Shown in pieces: positions 9,746 to 19,938 of a DNA stretch of 64,000 nucleotides. How positions within the stretch are numbered: the first letter of the stretch is position 1; each line of letters opens with the position of its first letter. The stretch is from positions 41,908-105,907 of the forward strand of contig DAOOTD010000002.1 in assembly GCA_035390125.1 (NCBI GenBank), given 5' to 3'. The stretch is from Candidatus Moraniibacteriota bacterium (GTDB lineage: Bacteria > Patescibacteriota > Minisyncoccia > Moranbacterales > GWC2-37-73). The notes below the pieces were generated by a model. The model ran no database searches, was not told the origin of the DNA, and worked only from the letters and a program-made list of their open reading frames with translations. Position numbers and translations under genes: made by a program.

Positions 9746-12700
9746 TTATTCTTTTTTTTCAAAAATTGATTCTGGCATTAAAGAAAATATTATCCCCATC
9801 GAGAACACCAGAACGATTGAAGTTACTGTTATTCTTAGCAAAAACAACATCTGCTCTGGCAGGTTTGTTATGAGGCTCGCAAAAATACCTGCTTTTTGGG
9901 GACTTTTCATAAACGTTATAGGGTCTTTTGTCACTTCTATAACAAACTCCTGATTAACATAGATGTCTTTATTTGAACTTAGAGGAGAGATGCCCCACTT
10001 ATCTTTAAGCTCTTTGCGCAAAGCATTGAGACCCTCCCTCTCCGCTCTTTCTAGTTTTGCTGTTCTGACTTTATATCCCACCAAATAGCTGTCCTTAGCT
10101 TCTTTTTTAACTGTAAATTCGAATGTGGAAGAATCTCCTGTAGAGGAAATTGTAATATCACCATCATCATTTCCATATGAAGCATCTCCATCTAATACCT
10201 GGACTCCATCAAGATACCATTCAAAAACTGCTTTTTGCCCAAAACTGTTTCCTGCAGTAGCTGTTAAAGAAACCCTCGTGTCTTCTTTAGCTTCCATAAC
10301 TGTATTACTAAAAGAGTCAACTTCATTGTTGTCTACGGTGTAGTATGTGCCCATAAATTTTCTCATAGCTCCTGAGGCACTGGATATCTGAGCATAGGAT
10401 CCGACAATAACAAATCTTTGGGTAATTTCTTGCCTGACGCCATTTTGGTTTGTTCCCCTAGCAACAACATTCACGGATTCTCCCGGATTACCTATAATAG
10501 GAAAGATTAGACCATTAAAACCCTGGCAGAGAGTTGAAAGACATTCCATTGATTGGCCGTTAACTTTCCAGGAATAGCCGCTTCCTCCATCTACCTCGAC
10601 CGCCACTAATTTGTTTTGTGTCACGGGACAAATTGCTTCTCCTTGTCCATTACATATTTGACTTCCTATACTAATCCCTGATGCGGAATAGCTTATCTCT
10701 CTTACTTTTATTGTTTCCGTTTGATTTCTAACCTTAACGATAACCTGCCCTTGGCTTGATTGGCCAGAGTTATTGTCCGTGGTTTTTACTGTAATCCTTA
10801 GATAAAATATGTCGCCCTCTATATCTAATGTGAGCGGGAAGCTTATTTTGCTTTTACCTAAACCGCTTAAAGATCCTATTTTCACGTCCTGTCCGCCCGT
10901 GCTTGATTCAGTTGGCGGAGAAGTAAATGCCTCCACTTTCCACTCATAATAAATGTCTTTCAAATCACCCGAGTTTTTTGACATAGCCTGAACCGTCAGG
11001 GTGTCGCTGTTTAAACCCTCTGGGTCATTCAGGGGATTTGTAGGCGTGGCAGAAAGTTTTGTTTCAAAAGCATATGAGACTCCGCCGGTTGCATCACTGC
11101 TAAGCGGATCCACTAAGTTTTCTTCTAGGCATCTATCTAAATCAAAATCTGTAGTCAATATTCCTTTATTGTTTTCAGGGTCTTTATAAAAAGCTGTCGT
11201 TGCTGTTCCATTAGTTCCTCCGTCTGTCATTTCTTTCCCCACTATGTCCTTTAATTCATCACACTTGCCTTTTGAAAATGCCCACATAATCATATTCTTT
11301 GAATCATTGTGTGGTCCCGCTAGTTGGCTTTCGCCCTCAACAACCACCCCGATTTCATCGCCATCAGTATATGTCCAATTAAATTTTTTAGCTCCCAATC
11401 CAATTACAGTAGCTTCATCTGCTTTTCCTTTAAAATTTTCTCCAAAATAAAAATTTTTTTCATTAGTTTTAAATTGGCCATCCCCGGGCTTAAAATTTTC
11501 GTCCGGATCATAAGGAAATAGGTGTTTGCATAAATTATCTTCCTCCCCCAACGCCGGTCCAAAGGAACAACTTGGTTCAAGATCTGGATTTCCTGTTACC
11601 TCAGAATTAGAATCTTCTACAAACACCCCGCTAATGGTTCCGTCTGACTTTACTCCATTTATCAGGCCCTGCGTCAGATAAGAACAATTTTCATGTTCTG
11701 AACTATAGAGCACTTCATCTAAAATTCCTGGTGGAGGTGCAAGTAGACCAATGTTAGTGTTGGGCTTTCCCAATGAAGAACAAAACGCGCCTTCACTTCT
11801 AACTATAGTCGCTCTAATATTATCAGGCGCAGTTTTATTGTTATCTATCATATTAAAATTCCCGCTTGCCGGCATGCATATCGGTGTTCCTCCATTTTTA
11901 CACGACAAATATGCATGAAACAGTTTATAGTCCTCACTTTTAGTTGTGCAATTAAATACCTGTTTCATTCCGGCTTCTCCAGTTGAGCTTGCAATACTTT
12001 TAACCATGCAGCCACTAAAATTCATGTCATTATGTTTCAGTTCCCAGCATGCATTTGCATCATAAAAAGGCGGTATAGTGTTGGGCGGACTTGTGTTTGT
12101 TGGGTCACAGACCGGCTCTGTTCCTGTAAATGCTGGGTCCAGCACCTCGCAGTTCATTGTTCGGTCTTCTACGCAAGCTGGCACCGGATAGTCATCTGGG
12201 CATGGGGTCTTGAAAATTGGTTCCGTTTTTCTTAATTCATAAATAAGTCCGCTTACTGGTTCCTGTACATAGCAATTTTCTGCTTCATACTTATTGCCGC
12301 TTTCTCTTTTCCAGGTTTTAATCCATCCATCATCATCTTCGACTGAGGGCACCGCCTCTATTCCAGCTTCCGCGGAGGTGTCTCCCTCGGCACTATTTTG
12401 GCCGGCATATCTTAGGGCGGCTAACTTCCAATCGTTAGGCGTTATGACATTATCGTTATCCAAATCACACGAGTCTCCATCGGCTCCTCCGTCCTTATCC
12501 CACCACTCGTCTGTTAAATCACAGTCTTTATTCTTTAAATACCATGTATAATAAAGATTATCACCACTAAATCCTGCCACCACTGCTTCGGCAGTTGCGG
12601 AAGCTCCAGTTTGAGGAACACCTCCTGGGAACATGACTCTTATTTCTACCTTGGGACCCTCTTTTTTGCCTTCAGCGGTTTGTTGCGCTATGGTAATCTC

Positions 12701-12832
12701 ATCTTCATCTTCCTGACTTAAGTCGGAAGAGACAGAAGCTGCTTGCAAATATACTGGAGCAGGAAATGTTTGTAAAAAAAGCATACATAAAATAGTTGCC
12801 AGATAAACTAATTTTTTATTTTTTTTACGCAT
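9746..12832 (-). CDS. Large Cys-rich secreted/surface protein with C-terminal TM
   Basis: 1028 aa; signal peptide, many Cys, Ig/PKD-like Y.W segments, C-terminal TM. Confidence 0.6.
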   Translation of the reverse strand: MRKKNKKLVYLATILCMLFLQTFPAPVYLQAASVSSDLSQEDEDEITIAQQTAEGKKEGPKVEIRVMFPGGVPQTGASATAEAVVAGFSGDNLYYTWYLKNKDCDLTDEWWDKDGGADGDSCDLDNDNVITPNDWKLAALRYAGQNSAEGDTSAEAGIEAVPSVEDDDGWIKTWKRESGNKYEAENCYVQEPVSGLIYELRKTEPIFKTPCPDDYPVPACVEDRTMNCEVLDPAFTGTEPVCDPTNTSPPNTIPPFYDANACWELKHNDMNFSGCMVKSIASSTGEAGMKQVFNCTTKSEDYKLFHAYLSCKNGGTPICMPASGNFNMIDNNKTAPDNIRATIVRSEGAFCSSLGKPNTNIGLLAPPPGILDEVLYSSEHENCSYLTQGLINGVKSDGTISGVFVEDSNSEVTGNPDLEPSCSFGPALGEEDNLCKHLFPYDPDENFKPGDGQFKTNEKNFYFGENFKGKADEATVIGLGAKKFNWTYTDGDEIGVVVEGESQLAGPHNDSKNMIMWAFSKGKCDELKDIVGKEMTDGGTNGTATTAFYKDPENNKGILTTDFDLDRCLEENLVDPLSSDATGGVSYAFETKLSATPTNPLNDPEGLNSDTLTVQAMSKNSGDLKDIYYEWKVEAFTSPPTESSTGGQDVKIGSLSGLGKSKISFPLTLDIEGDIFYLRITVKTTDNNSGQSSQGQVIVKVRNQTETIKVREISYSASGISIGSQICNGQGEAICPVTQNKLVAVEVDGGSGYSWKVNGQSMECLSTLCQGFNGLIFPIIGNPGESVNVVARGTNQNGVRQEITQRFVIVGSYAQISSASGAMRKFMGTYYTVDNNEVDSFSNTVMEAKEDTRVSLTATAGNSFGQKAVFEWYLDGVQVLDGDASYGNDDGDITISSTGDSSTFEFTVKKEAKDSYLVGYKVRTAKLERAEREGLNALRKELKDKWGISPLSSNKDIYVNQEFVIEVTKDPITFMKSPQKAGIFASLITNLPEQMLFLLRITVTSIVLVFSMGIIFSLMPESIFEKKE

Positions 12833-12863
12833 AAATAAAAAGGGGATTATTTTATTAAAAACA

Positions 12864-13502
12864 TTATATTTGCATATTTATTAAACGCACCATATTTGCA
12901 TGTAAAACAATTATTACAAGAAATTGACAGGCTGTTGCATAAAAAATAGATCTACTCTTATATACAATCCAACCAGCTAAAGGAGCGCTTATTAAATAGG
13001 GAAAAAGAGACCAAGTTAAAGATTTTGTCCCAATAACTAAGGCAAAAAAAAGTAAAAATTGGACCAATATCCCCCACTGGGATATTCTTTTTTCTAGTAT
13101 CAGAAGCACAAATCCCCGGAAGAAAAAATCATATATAAAAATAACAGGCAAAACTCTTGAAAATTCATAAAAAATAAACTCCTTATAATTATTTATAATA
13201 GAAGAAGTTATGGGATATTTTGTTAAAAAATCAAAAAAATAAATAGCTATAAAAAAAGCAAAACCAGTTATAATTAAACTTATGCCACTCCAAATTAATC
13301 CTTGTTTCCAATTGCCAATCTTAATCCCAATATCACTTAACTTTTTTTTTAATATAAATTTATTAAATATTATAGGGATTAAAATAAAAAAAGTAACCAT
13401 TATAATAAGTAGCTGAAAATTATTTCTTGAAGGAAAAAGACCATAGGTAATTAATAAGCAAATAATAAAAAATAAGCTCATTATAAATTCTTTTGTTTTC
13501 AT
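12864..13502 (-). CDS. CPBP/Abi-family intramembrane protease-like protein
   Basis: Multi-TM; DFFFRG, GWIVYKSRSI, late His. Confidence 0.6.
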   Translation of the reverse strand: MKTKEFIMSLFFIICLLITYGLFPSRNNFQLLIIMVTFFILIPIIFNKFILKKKLSDIGIKIGNWKQGLIWSGISLIITGFAFFIAIYFFDFLTKYPITSSIINNYKEFIFYEFSRVLPVIFIYDFFFRGFVLLILEKRISQWGILVQFLLFFALVIGTKSLTWSLFPYLISAPLAGWIVYKSRSIFYATACQFLVIIVLHANMVRLINMQI

Positions 13503-13628
13503 GGAAATTTAAATATATTAAAAACTCCTATTGAAATTATATTAGCATATTTTTTAGAAAAATACTAATAAATTAATTTTAATTTATTTAATTATAATAA
13601 ACCTAATTATTATTAAGATAGATGTTTT

Positions 13629-13835
13629 TGTGGATAAGATAAAAATCAATTAGAAAATTAGGTAACTTTTTGTTTTCCGTGTTGTGTATAAAGCATAACT
13701 AAAAATTATATGTATATGTTGACAAAAATAAACAAAAAGAAATAAATTATGTTTTTATTTTTTATACACAATTAAATAAGGTTATATTAACAAAAGAAAA
13801 CGCCTTAAAAAACTATTATTAACAAATTATCCACT
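13629..13835. promoter_or_regulatory. DnaA-box cluster 1 in an AT-rich intergenic region
   Basis: TGTGGATAA 13629-37, TGTGTATAA 13683-91, TTATACACA 13762-70, TTATTAACA 13816-24, TTATCCACT 13827-35. Confidence 0.6.
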
Positions 13836-14274
13836 TTTTATTAAAGTTTTTATTTAATAATGTAAGAAACATAATAAAACTTCCAATAAAAATTCCTATA
13901 TCGGCAATATTAAAGACGGGCAATAATTCTCTAAAAAATACAATATAATCAAAAACACACCCAAAAAAAGCCCTATCAAAGGCATTTGAAAGTGCTCCAC
14001 CAATAAAAACTCCTGTGCTTAAAAAAAAGACACATAAATCAGTTTTTATTTTAATCAGGAAGATAATAAAGATCAAGCAAAAAAGGCCTAAAAAAAGCCA
14101 AAAAAAAGCATTTGGCATGCTTATGCTAAAAGATATGCCTTCATTGCATATATAAAATCCGTCTTCATGACGGATTTTATATTTAAAAAACTGATCTATA
14201 AAAAAAATAAGAGAAAAAGCAGTGAAAAAACACAAAAATCTAAAAAAATAGTTTATTAAAATTTTTCTTTGCAT
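13819..14274 (-). CDS. lspA: Lipoprotein signal peptidase II
   Basis: DQFFK, NEGISFS, GGALSNAFDR, DY, PVFNIAD. Confidence 0.9.
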   Translation of the reverse strand: MQRKILINYFFRFLCFFTAFSLIFFIDQFFKYKIRHEDGFYICNEGISFSISMPNAFFWLFLGLFCLIFIIFLIKIKTDLCVFFLSTGVFIGGALSNAFDRAFFGCVFDYIVFFRELLPVFNIADIGIFIGSFIMFLTLLNKNFNKKWIIC

Positions 14275-14275
14275 T

Positions 14276-14629
14276 TTACTGGCAATTAAAGCATTTTTTA
14301 GCTGCTGGATAGGCCCTTAAACGTTCTAATGGTATATCAGCCTTACAATTTTCACATTTACCATAATTATCAGTAGCCATTTTATCAAGGGCGTCAGAAA
14401 TTTCTTTTAGCTGTTTTTCAAAAACAGCCTCCAACGCAAGGTTGTCTGCATATTCCTCAACCTCAGTTGCATTTTCATCCTCATCGTCCCCTATATTATC
14501 AAAAGTAGTGTTGTAATCATCAGGATTTTTTGTCGGCTTAGCTATTCTCGCAAGCTCTTCCCGTATCCTCTTTTTTTCTTTAATAAGACTTTCTTTTAAT
14601 TCTGCTAAATTTTGTTGCTCAATAGACAT
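14276..14629 (-). CDS. TraR/DksA family C4 zinc-finger protein
   Basis: Coiled coil followed by YGKCENC...RLRAYPAAKKCFNC. Confidence 0.88.
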   Translation of the reverse strand: MSIEQQNLAELKESLIKEKKRIREELARIAKPTKNPDDYNTTFDNIGDDEDENATEVEEYADNLALEAVFEKQLKEISDALDKMATDNYGKCENCKADIPLERLRAYPAAKKCFNCQ

Positions 14630-14690
14630 ATAATTATGACAATTAATGGTTTATATCTGAAATTATAGCAAAAAAAAAGTCCGATGTCTA

Positions 14691-15086
14691 CTATAAAAAA
14701 ATGTTTTTTAAATGTCTTAATTCGGAACAATTTTTGTTGTTATCCAACAATATGGAAATAGCATCAAATCGGCAAGAAACATCAAATAAACTATGTTTAT
14801 TAATATAAAAATTAGCTATTTTATTTATTTTATGCAGTTTTTTTGCATTTATGCTTTCTTCAGGTAGAGGAGAATTTTTATTGAAATCTGAGCGAGTTTT
14901 TACTTCAATAAAAACCATTTCTTCCCTGTCTTTGGCGATTATGTCAATTTCGCCTAAACGGCGACCATCCGGATTAGAAAAGTTTGTTTCCAATATCTTG
15001 TATCCATGGCCTTTAAGGTACTCAGTGGCTATTTTTTCTCCGTGCTTACCTATTAAAAGGCTTTTAAATTTAAATGAAAAAGACAT
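14691..15086 (-). CDS. yraN: YraN family endonuclease-like protein
   Basis: GEKIA..YL, GEIDII, FIEVKTR, RFDAI. Confidence 0.9.
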   Translation of the reverse strand: MSFSFKFKSLLIGKHGEKIATEYLKGHGYKILETNFSNPDGRRLGEIDIIAKDREEMVFIEVKTRSDFNKNSPLPEESINAKKLHKINKIANFYINKHSLFDVSCRFDAISILLDNNKNCSELRHLKNIFL

Positions 15087-15097
15087 ATAATGTGCAT

Positions 15098-15122
15098 AAA
15101 AACAAAAACCCTCTGTTGAGGG
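15098..15122 (-). terminator. Intrinsic terminator on the minus strand
   Basis: CCCTC-AACA-GAGGG followed by TTTTTGTTTTT on the minus strand. Confidence 0.55.
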
Positions 15123-15596
15123 AAGCGTCTTTAAGGTTAATGTGAGGATAAAACCGGATTTTTATGCTCGCATTATCCCTAAAATAAGGTATGGAAACCC
15201 GGCGCTGTAAAGCGCCCAATTATATAATAAATGGCGAACAGCGCCGAGTGTTTGTATGTATCAACACTCAACGTGGAAATGATATAGCCCGGGTGAAGGC
15301 TTGTTCGTCATTATAGCGTAAGTGTATTTTGTATACATACGGAAATTCATTAGTTTCTAACTTTACTAATGTTTATGCTTCTACCGTTCTCTGGCATGAT
15401 AGCCTTTGATTGGTTGTTTAAGGTACTACTTTTTTATTGTTTATTTTTATATTTAAAAAAGTTTTTTGTTTTTGTTTTAGGGTCCCTGGTTAGAATCAGG
15501 GCGGCTTCTTGATTCATTGATCAAGAAACACTTGAACAGTGGAAGCGTTCCAATCACAAATAGGGGGAAATTGTGATTGGAACGCTTCCACTGTTC
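15109..15596. ncRNA. Unidentified highly structured non-coding locus
   Basis: Many hairpins, a GTAA tetraloop, a possible pseudoknot, a perfect 26-bp stem at 15534-15596; no ORF >=60 aa. Confidence 0.5.
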
Positions 15597-15638
15597 CAAA
15601 AAGAAGATTTAATTTAGTAAAGAACATTTTATAACCTA

Positions 15639-15667
15639 ATTATAGCAAAAAAAAGACAATCGGTCAA
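15639..15667 (-). promoter_or_regulatory. sigma70 promoter
   Basis: TTGACC-17 bp-TATAAT with extended -10 (TGC TATAAT) on the minus strand. Confidence 0.7.
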
Positions 15668-15796
15668 TAATATTTTATAATAAAAGGCTTTTTATGGGGA
15701 AAAATGATGAAAATAACTTTTTTAACAAAAATAACTCAATAAAAAGAAAAGATAGTAAAAATTAAAAAGTAATTTATTTTTGTTTTTTAATTAGCA

Positions 15797-15826
15797 AAAT
15801 CCACAATTATCCCCAAGTTATCCACA
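15797..15826 (+). promoter_or_regulatory. DnaA-box cluster 2 (three tandem boxes)
   Basis: AAATCCACA, TTATCCCCA, TTATCCACA at a 10-11 bp period. Confidence 0.6.
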
Positions 15827-15844
15827 ATTAAACAAAAAAGCTGG

Positions 15845-16954
15845 TCACTTTTTGTCTATTAATCGATCAACTATTGCGCGCATGGTGTTTTTACTTGTGG
15901 AAACAATCAATTTATCCGAAATTATAGAATAATCTATCGACATTGTTATGCGGTCATTTACGTTAAAAAACCTTATGGGAATGTCTCTGTAAATGCTGTC
16001 TTTAAAAAGCCCCTTGGCTATCTCGGGTTTTTCATTTAGAAAGAGAAAAGAAGCATCGGTAATAAAACTTTTTTCCTGTTTCAAGAGTTCGGCTATCAAA
16101 ATTTCTTTTTTGACTACATTTGCTGCAAAGGAAAGGCGTGAGTTTCCGGAATCGTTGTAAAGAAATAGAGAAAAATTTTCTCCCAAGCTGCTCAAAATCA
16201 AGGGCGACAAATTAAGCTTTGCTGCAGTTGCAAAAATTGGGAACGCCACCGGCTTATTGTTGGCGTCAACAACAACAAACTCATAGGAAGCTCTTTCTTG
16301 AGATATTGTTTTTAATTCTTCGGCCAAACTAGTAAGTGTTTTTTTAATGTCTTCAGAAGAAATGGTTGTAAAGTCAAGAGACAAATAATTCGGTTTTGTA
16401 GAAGAATATTTTTCCATAGACACGGTGGGCTCAGTCGCGGGCGTAACCCCTGTTGGTTTTTGAGATGTTTCTTCCTCCGCAATCTCAATTGGGACATAGG
16501 CATTTTCACTTTTTTTGTTTAAGAAATAGGATTTTCCTGCATAATATCCTCCCAACATAATAACAATAGTAGCGACTACTCCAGACATAATTATGGCAAT
16601 TTTACGCCTATTGGAAGCACTTTTTTTGTTATTAGAAAAGGCCATATCAAGATCTTTTGTATCTAGCTTCCCATCCTGTTTCACAAAAGGATGAACAAGT
16701 TTAGAAGAAACTTCACCCGGAACGAAAGTCTTTTTTTGCGGAGCTTCCATTGGGGTCGGCTTAGGTATAAATATTTTAGAAACCTCGGCCTGATTTATGT
16801 TTTTTATATCACCTTTATTTTTTTGCAAATAAAGAAGATCATCTTTCATTGTATGGATTGAAAACTCTCCCACTCCCTCAATTTTCTCATCGTTAGTTTT
16901 GTTGGTAACGGTATTATTAATAAAAGGAGACCCTAGATTGGTTGGTGTTGTCAT
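15845..16954 (-). CDS. Hypothetical single-pass membrane protein
   Basis: 369-aa ORF, IHTMKDDL motif, central TM helix. Confidence 0.65.
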   Translation of the reverse strand: MTTPTNLGSPFINNTVTNKTNDEKIEGVGEFSIHTMKDDLLYLQKNKGDIKNINQAEVSKIFIPKPTPMEAPQKKTFVPGEVSSKLVHPFVKQDGKLDTKDLDMAFSNNKKSASNRRKIAIIMSGVVATIVIMLGGYYAGKSYFLNKKSENAYVPIEIAEEETSQKPTGVTPATEPTVSMEKYSSTKPNYLSLDFTTISSEDIKKTLTSLAEELKTISQERASYEFVVVDANNKPVAFPIFATAAKLNLSPLILSSLGENFSLFLYNDSGNSRLSFAANVVKKEILIAELLKQEKSFITDASFLFLNEKPEIAKGLFKDSIYRDIPIRFFNVNDRITMSIDYSIISDKLIVSTSKNTMRAIVDRLIDKK

Positions 16955-17045
16955 TTTTTTATTTTATAAAATAAATTTACAAAAAATGTAAGCACATTGA
17001 TTGCACTTACATTTTACAATAAACACCTTTTTTTGCCAAGAAAAA

Positions 17046-19154
17046 TTAATTCGTTATTGGCCTTACGTTTTTTGCAGTCAAGTTAATGCGACCTTGATCA
17101 TCAATAAGTTTTACTCTTACTGGAACAATGTCTCCAATTTTTACGACATCCTCAACCCTGGCTATACGCTGGTCGGAAAACTCCGAAATGTGGATAAGGC
17201 CTTCCTGTCCCGGTAAAATTTCTGCAAAAGCGCCAAAAGTCATAAGACGGGTAACCTTAGCATTGAAAATTTCTCCAACCTTTACTTCATGGGTAAGGTT
17301 ATCAATCCATTTTTGAGCTCGGAGAGCTGAAGTTTCATCGGTTGAGGTAATGAAAATAGAACCATCGTCTTCAATGTCGATCTGTACCCCGGTTTCATCG
17401 ATAATTTCATTGATAATTTTACCACCAGTTCCGATAACATTTCTGATTTTGTCAGGGTTTATGTGAAGAGTTATTATTCTAGGAGCATATTGAGACATAT
17501 TTTTTTTTGATTCCGGTATAGTAGCCAGTATTTTGTCTAATATTTCCATGCGATTATTTTTAGATTGCATCAAAACTGCCTTTAACATATCAACAGTTAT
17601 ACCATCAACTTTAACGTCCATTTGCAGGGCAGTAATTCCTTCGCTGGTTCCGGCCGCCTTAAAATCCATGTCGCCATAATGATCTTCAAGGCCCTGAATA
17701 TCAGTTAAAATCTTGAATTTATTGTTTTTTCCAACAATAATTCCCATAGCAATTCCGCTAACTGGCCGTTTTATAGGTACCCCGGCATCCATAAGGGAAA
17801 GAGTCGAACCACAGGTTGAAGCCATTGATGAAGAACCATTTGATTCAAGAATCTCACTTACAACTAAGACAGTATAAGGAAATTCTTCTTTTGGTGGGAT
17901 TACAGGCAAAAGAGCTCGTTCAGCCAAGGCCCCGTGACCAATTTCTCTTCTTCCTGGTCCACGCATGGCTTTTATTTCTCCTACGGAATAAGGAGGAAAA
18001 TTATAATGATGTATATACCTTTTCTTAGTGTCAATTTCCATTGTGTCTATAACCTGTTCATCACCTGGAGACCCTAGGGTCGTTACGGTCAGAGCCTGAG
18101 TTTCTCCGCGAGTGAAAAGTCCTGTACCATGAGTCCTTGGAAGAATTCCAACCTTACAATCAATGTGGCGAATTTCATCTAATTTTCTACCATCAGGTCT
18201 TTTTTCCTTTTCTAAAATATTCGCGTGTACGATCTCATCAGAAGCTTCTTCAAAAACTTGCTCGGCAATTTCTTTTAGCTTTTCTATATCTTCTGTGAAG
18301 GTTTCTTTTATGTATTCATTTACCTTTTCCTTTATTTTCGCGGTTTTTTCTTCTACTATTTTCTTCTTTGGATCATATAAAGCTTCAGCCAGGCCCTCTG
18401 CGAGCAAAATTTCTTTAACTTTAGCTTCAAACTCTTGGGTGCCCTGAATTAAAACTGGCTCAATTTTTTCTTTGCCAACTTCCTTGGCTATTTCTTCAAT
18501 GAAAGTAGCAATTTTTGTAATGGCCTCCTGTCCAAAAGCAAAAGCTTTAACAATTTCTTCTTCCGGAACCTCTTTGGCACCAGCTTCTAGCATGTTTATT
18601 TTGCTTTTTGTTCCAGAAATTACCAAATCAAGATTGCTTTCAGCTAATTCTCCATTTACCGGATTTAAAACAAATTCTCCATTAACTTGACCAACCCTGA
18701 CTGCAGCTACCGGACCGTTCCATGGAATATTTGAAATAGACAAAGCTGTTGAAGCGGCAATAATCGAGACGATATCTGGATCGTTTTCGCCATCAATTGA
18801 AAGTACTGTCACTACAACCTGCACCTCATTTCTCATGCGGCCATTAAAAAGAGGCCTGATGGTTCGGTCAACAACTCGTCCAGTTAAAACGGCTTCTTCT
18901 GAAGGACGGCCATCTCTTTTAATAAATTTTGAACCTTTTATTTTTCCGGCAGCATAATATCTTTCCTCAAATTCAACTGAAAGAGGAAAATAACCGCTGA
19001 CCCTGGCAGCCTCTTTGCTCATAACAGCAGTTGCTAAAACAACTGTATCACCATAACGAGCAGTTACAGCTCCGCCAGCCTGCTTAGCCAAAAGACCAGT
19101 TTCTATTTCAAGAACCCGACCTCCGATCTGGAGAGACCATTTTTTTTGTTCCAT
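17046..19154 (-). CDS. pnp: Polyribonucleotide nucleotidyltransferase
   Basis: Two RNase PH domains, SNGSSSMAS, KH and S1 domains. Confidence 0.97.
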   Translation of the reverse strand: MEQKKWSLQIGGRVLEIETGLLAKQAGGAVTARYGDTVVLATAVMSKEAARVSGYFPLSVEFEERYYAAGKIKGSKFIKRDGRPSEEAVLTGRVVDRTIRPLFNGRMRNEVQVVVTVLSIDGENDPDIVSIIAASTALSISNIPWNGPVAAVRVGQVNGEFVLNPVNGELAESNLDLVISGTKSKINMLEAGAKEVPEEEIVKAFAFGQEAITKIATFIEEIAKEVGKEKIEPVLIQGTQEFEAKVKEILLAEGLAEALYDPKKKIVEEKTAKIKEKVNEYIKETFTEDIEKLKEIAEQVFEEASDEIVHANILEKEKRPDGRKLDEIRHIDCKVGILPRTHGTGLFTRGETQALTVTTLGSPGDEQVIDTMEIDTKKRYIHHYNFPPYSVGEIKAMRGPGRREIGHGALAERALLPVIPPKEEFPYTVLVVSEILESNGSSSMASTCGSTLSLMDAGVPIKRPVSGIAMGIIVGKNNKFKILTDIQGLEDHYGDMDFKAAGTSEGITALQMDVKVDGITVDMLKAVLMQSKNNRMEILDKILATIPESKKNMSQYAPRIITLHINPDKIRNVIGTGGKIINEIIDETGVQIDIEDDGSIFITSTDETSALRAQKWIDNLTHEVKVGEIFNAKVTRLMTFGAFAEILPGQEGLIHISEFSDQRIARVEDVVKIGDIVPVRVKLIDDQGRINLTAKNVRPITN

Positions 19155-19357
19155 AAGAACGTATCAGCCTATAGCTAATGACGTTATAAACACGATATTA
19201 AACTCAAAAATTAAGTTTATTATTGTGTCTCCTACGCACAGGCCAAGGCTTTGAAATTGTTAATTGTTCGAATAATAGCCTCTTTTTTTATTTTTGTCAA
19301 CGTAAATTTAAAAACAGGATTAAGTATTATTCCTGTTTTTAAATAAAAAACAAAGAG

Positions 19358-19855
19358 TTATATCAAAAACTTTTTCTTATTTTCGCTGATATCTATGAAT
19401 CCATCAGCCTTTTCTAGCAGTTTGGTGCTGGCAGATTCTCTGAAAGCCATAACCTCCACGCGGCAGCCGGTGGTATTTTGTATATATTCAACTACGGGGA
19501 TGTAGTCTCCATCGCCAGAAACTAAAATGATAGAATCCAGGCTTTTAGATAATTTAATAGCGTCAACAGCAATGCCGACATCCCAATCTCCCTTTTTAGC
19601 TCCTCCGGGAAAAATTTGCAGATCCTTAGTTTTAACTTCAAACCCTTGTTTTTCCAGAGCTTCAAAAAACTTTTCTTCTTGTCCTTCTAGTGTTTTAATG
19701 CCATAAGCAATGGCGCGAATAATTTTTCTTTCACCCACGCCTAATTTTAGAAGCTGTCCAAAGTTAACCTTCTTTTTATATAAAACCCGAGCGCTGTAGT
19801 AGAGATTTTGGATGTCAACCAAAACTCCGACGCGCTGTTCTTTAAATTGAGCCAT
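19358..19855 (-). CDS. NYN domain protein (LabA/DUF88)
   Basis: VDIQNL, KGDWDVGIAVD, SGDGDY. Confidence 0.9.
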   Translation of the reverse strand: MAQFKEQRVGVLVDIQNLYYSARVLYKKKVNFGQLLKLGVGERKIIRAIAYGIKTLEGQEEKFFEALEKQGFEVKTKDLQIFPGGAKKGDWDVGIAVDAIKLSKSLDSIILVSGDGDYIPVVEYIQNTTGCRVEVMAFRESASTKLLEKADGFIDISENKKKFLI

Positions 19856-19938
19856 AAGCTTAGAATTTTGAATTATGAATTTATAATTTTGAATAAAGAC
19901 GGAAAAATAAAAGCAGGTTACCCTGCTTTTATAATATA

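Noticed and set aside
12864-13502. CPBP/Abi protein as a phage abortive-infection system
   Set aside because: CPBP-like membrane proteins are common, the EE motif is degenerate (YD), and there is no defence context
15100-15600. RNase P RNA, tmRNA or retron msr-msd
   Set aside because: No GAGGAAAGUCC/P4 motif, no tRNA-like domain or ALAA-type tag, and no reverse transcriptase in the window
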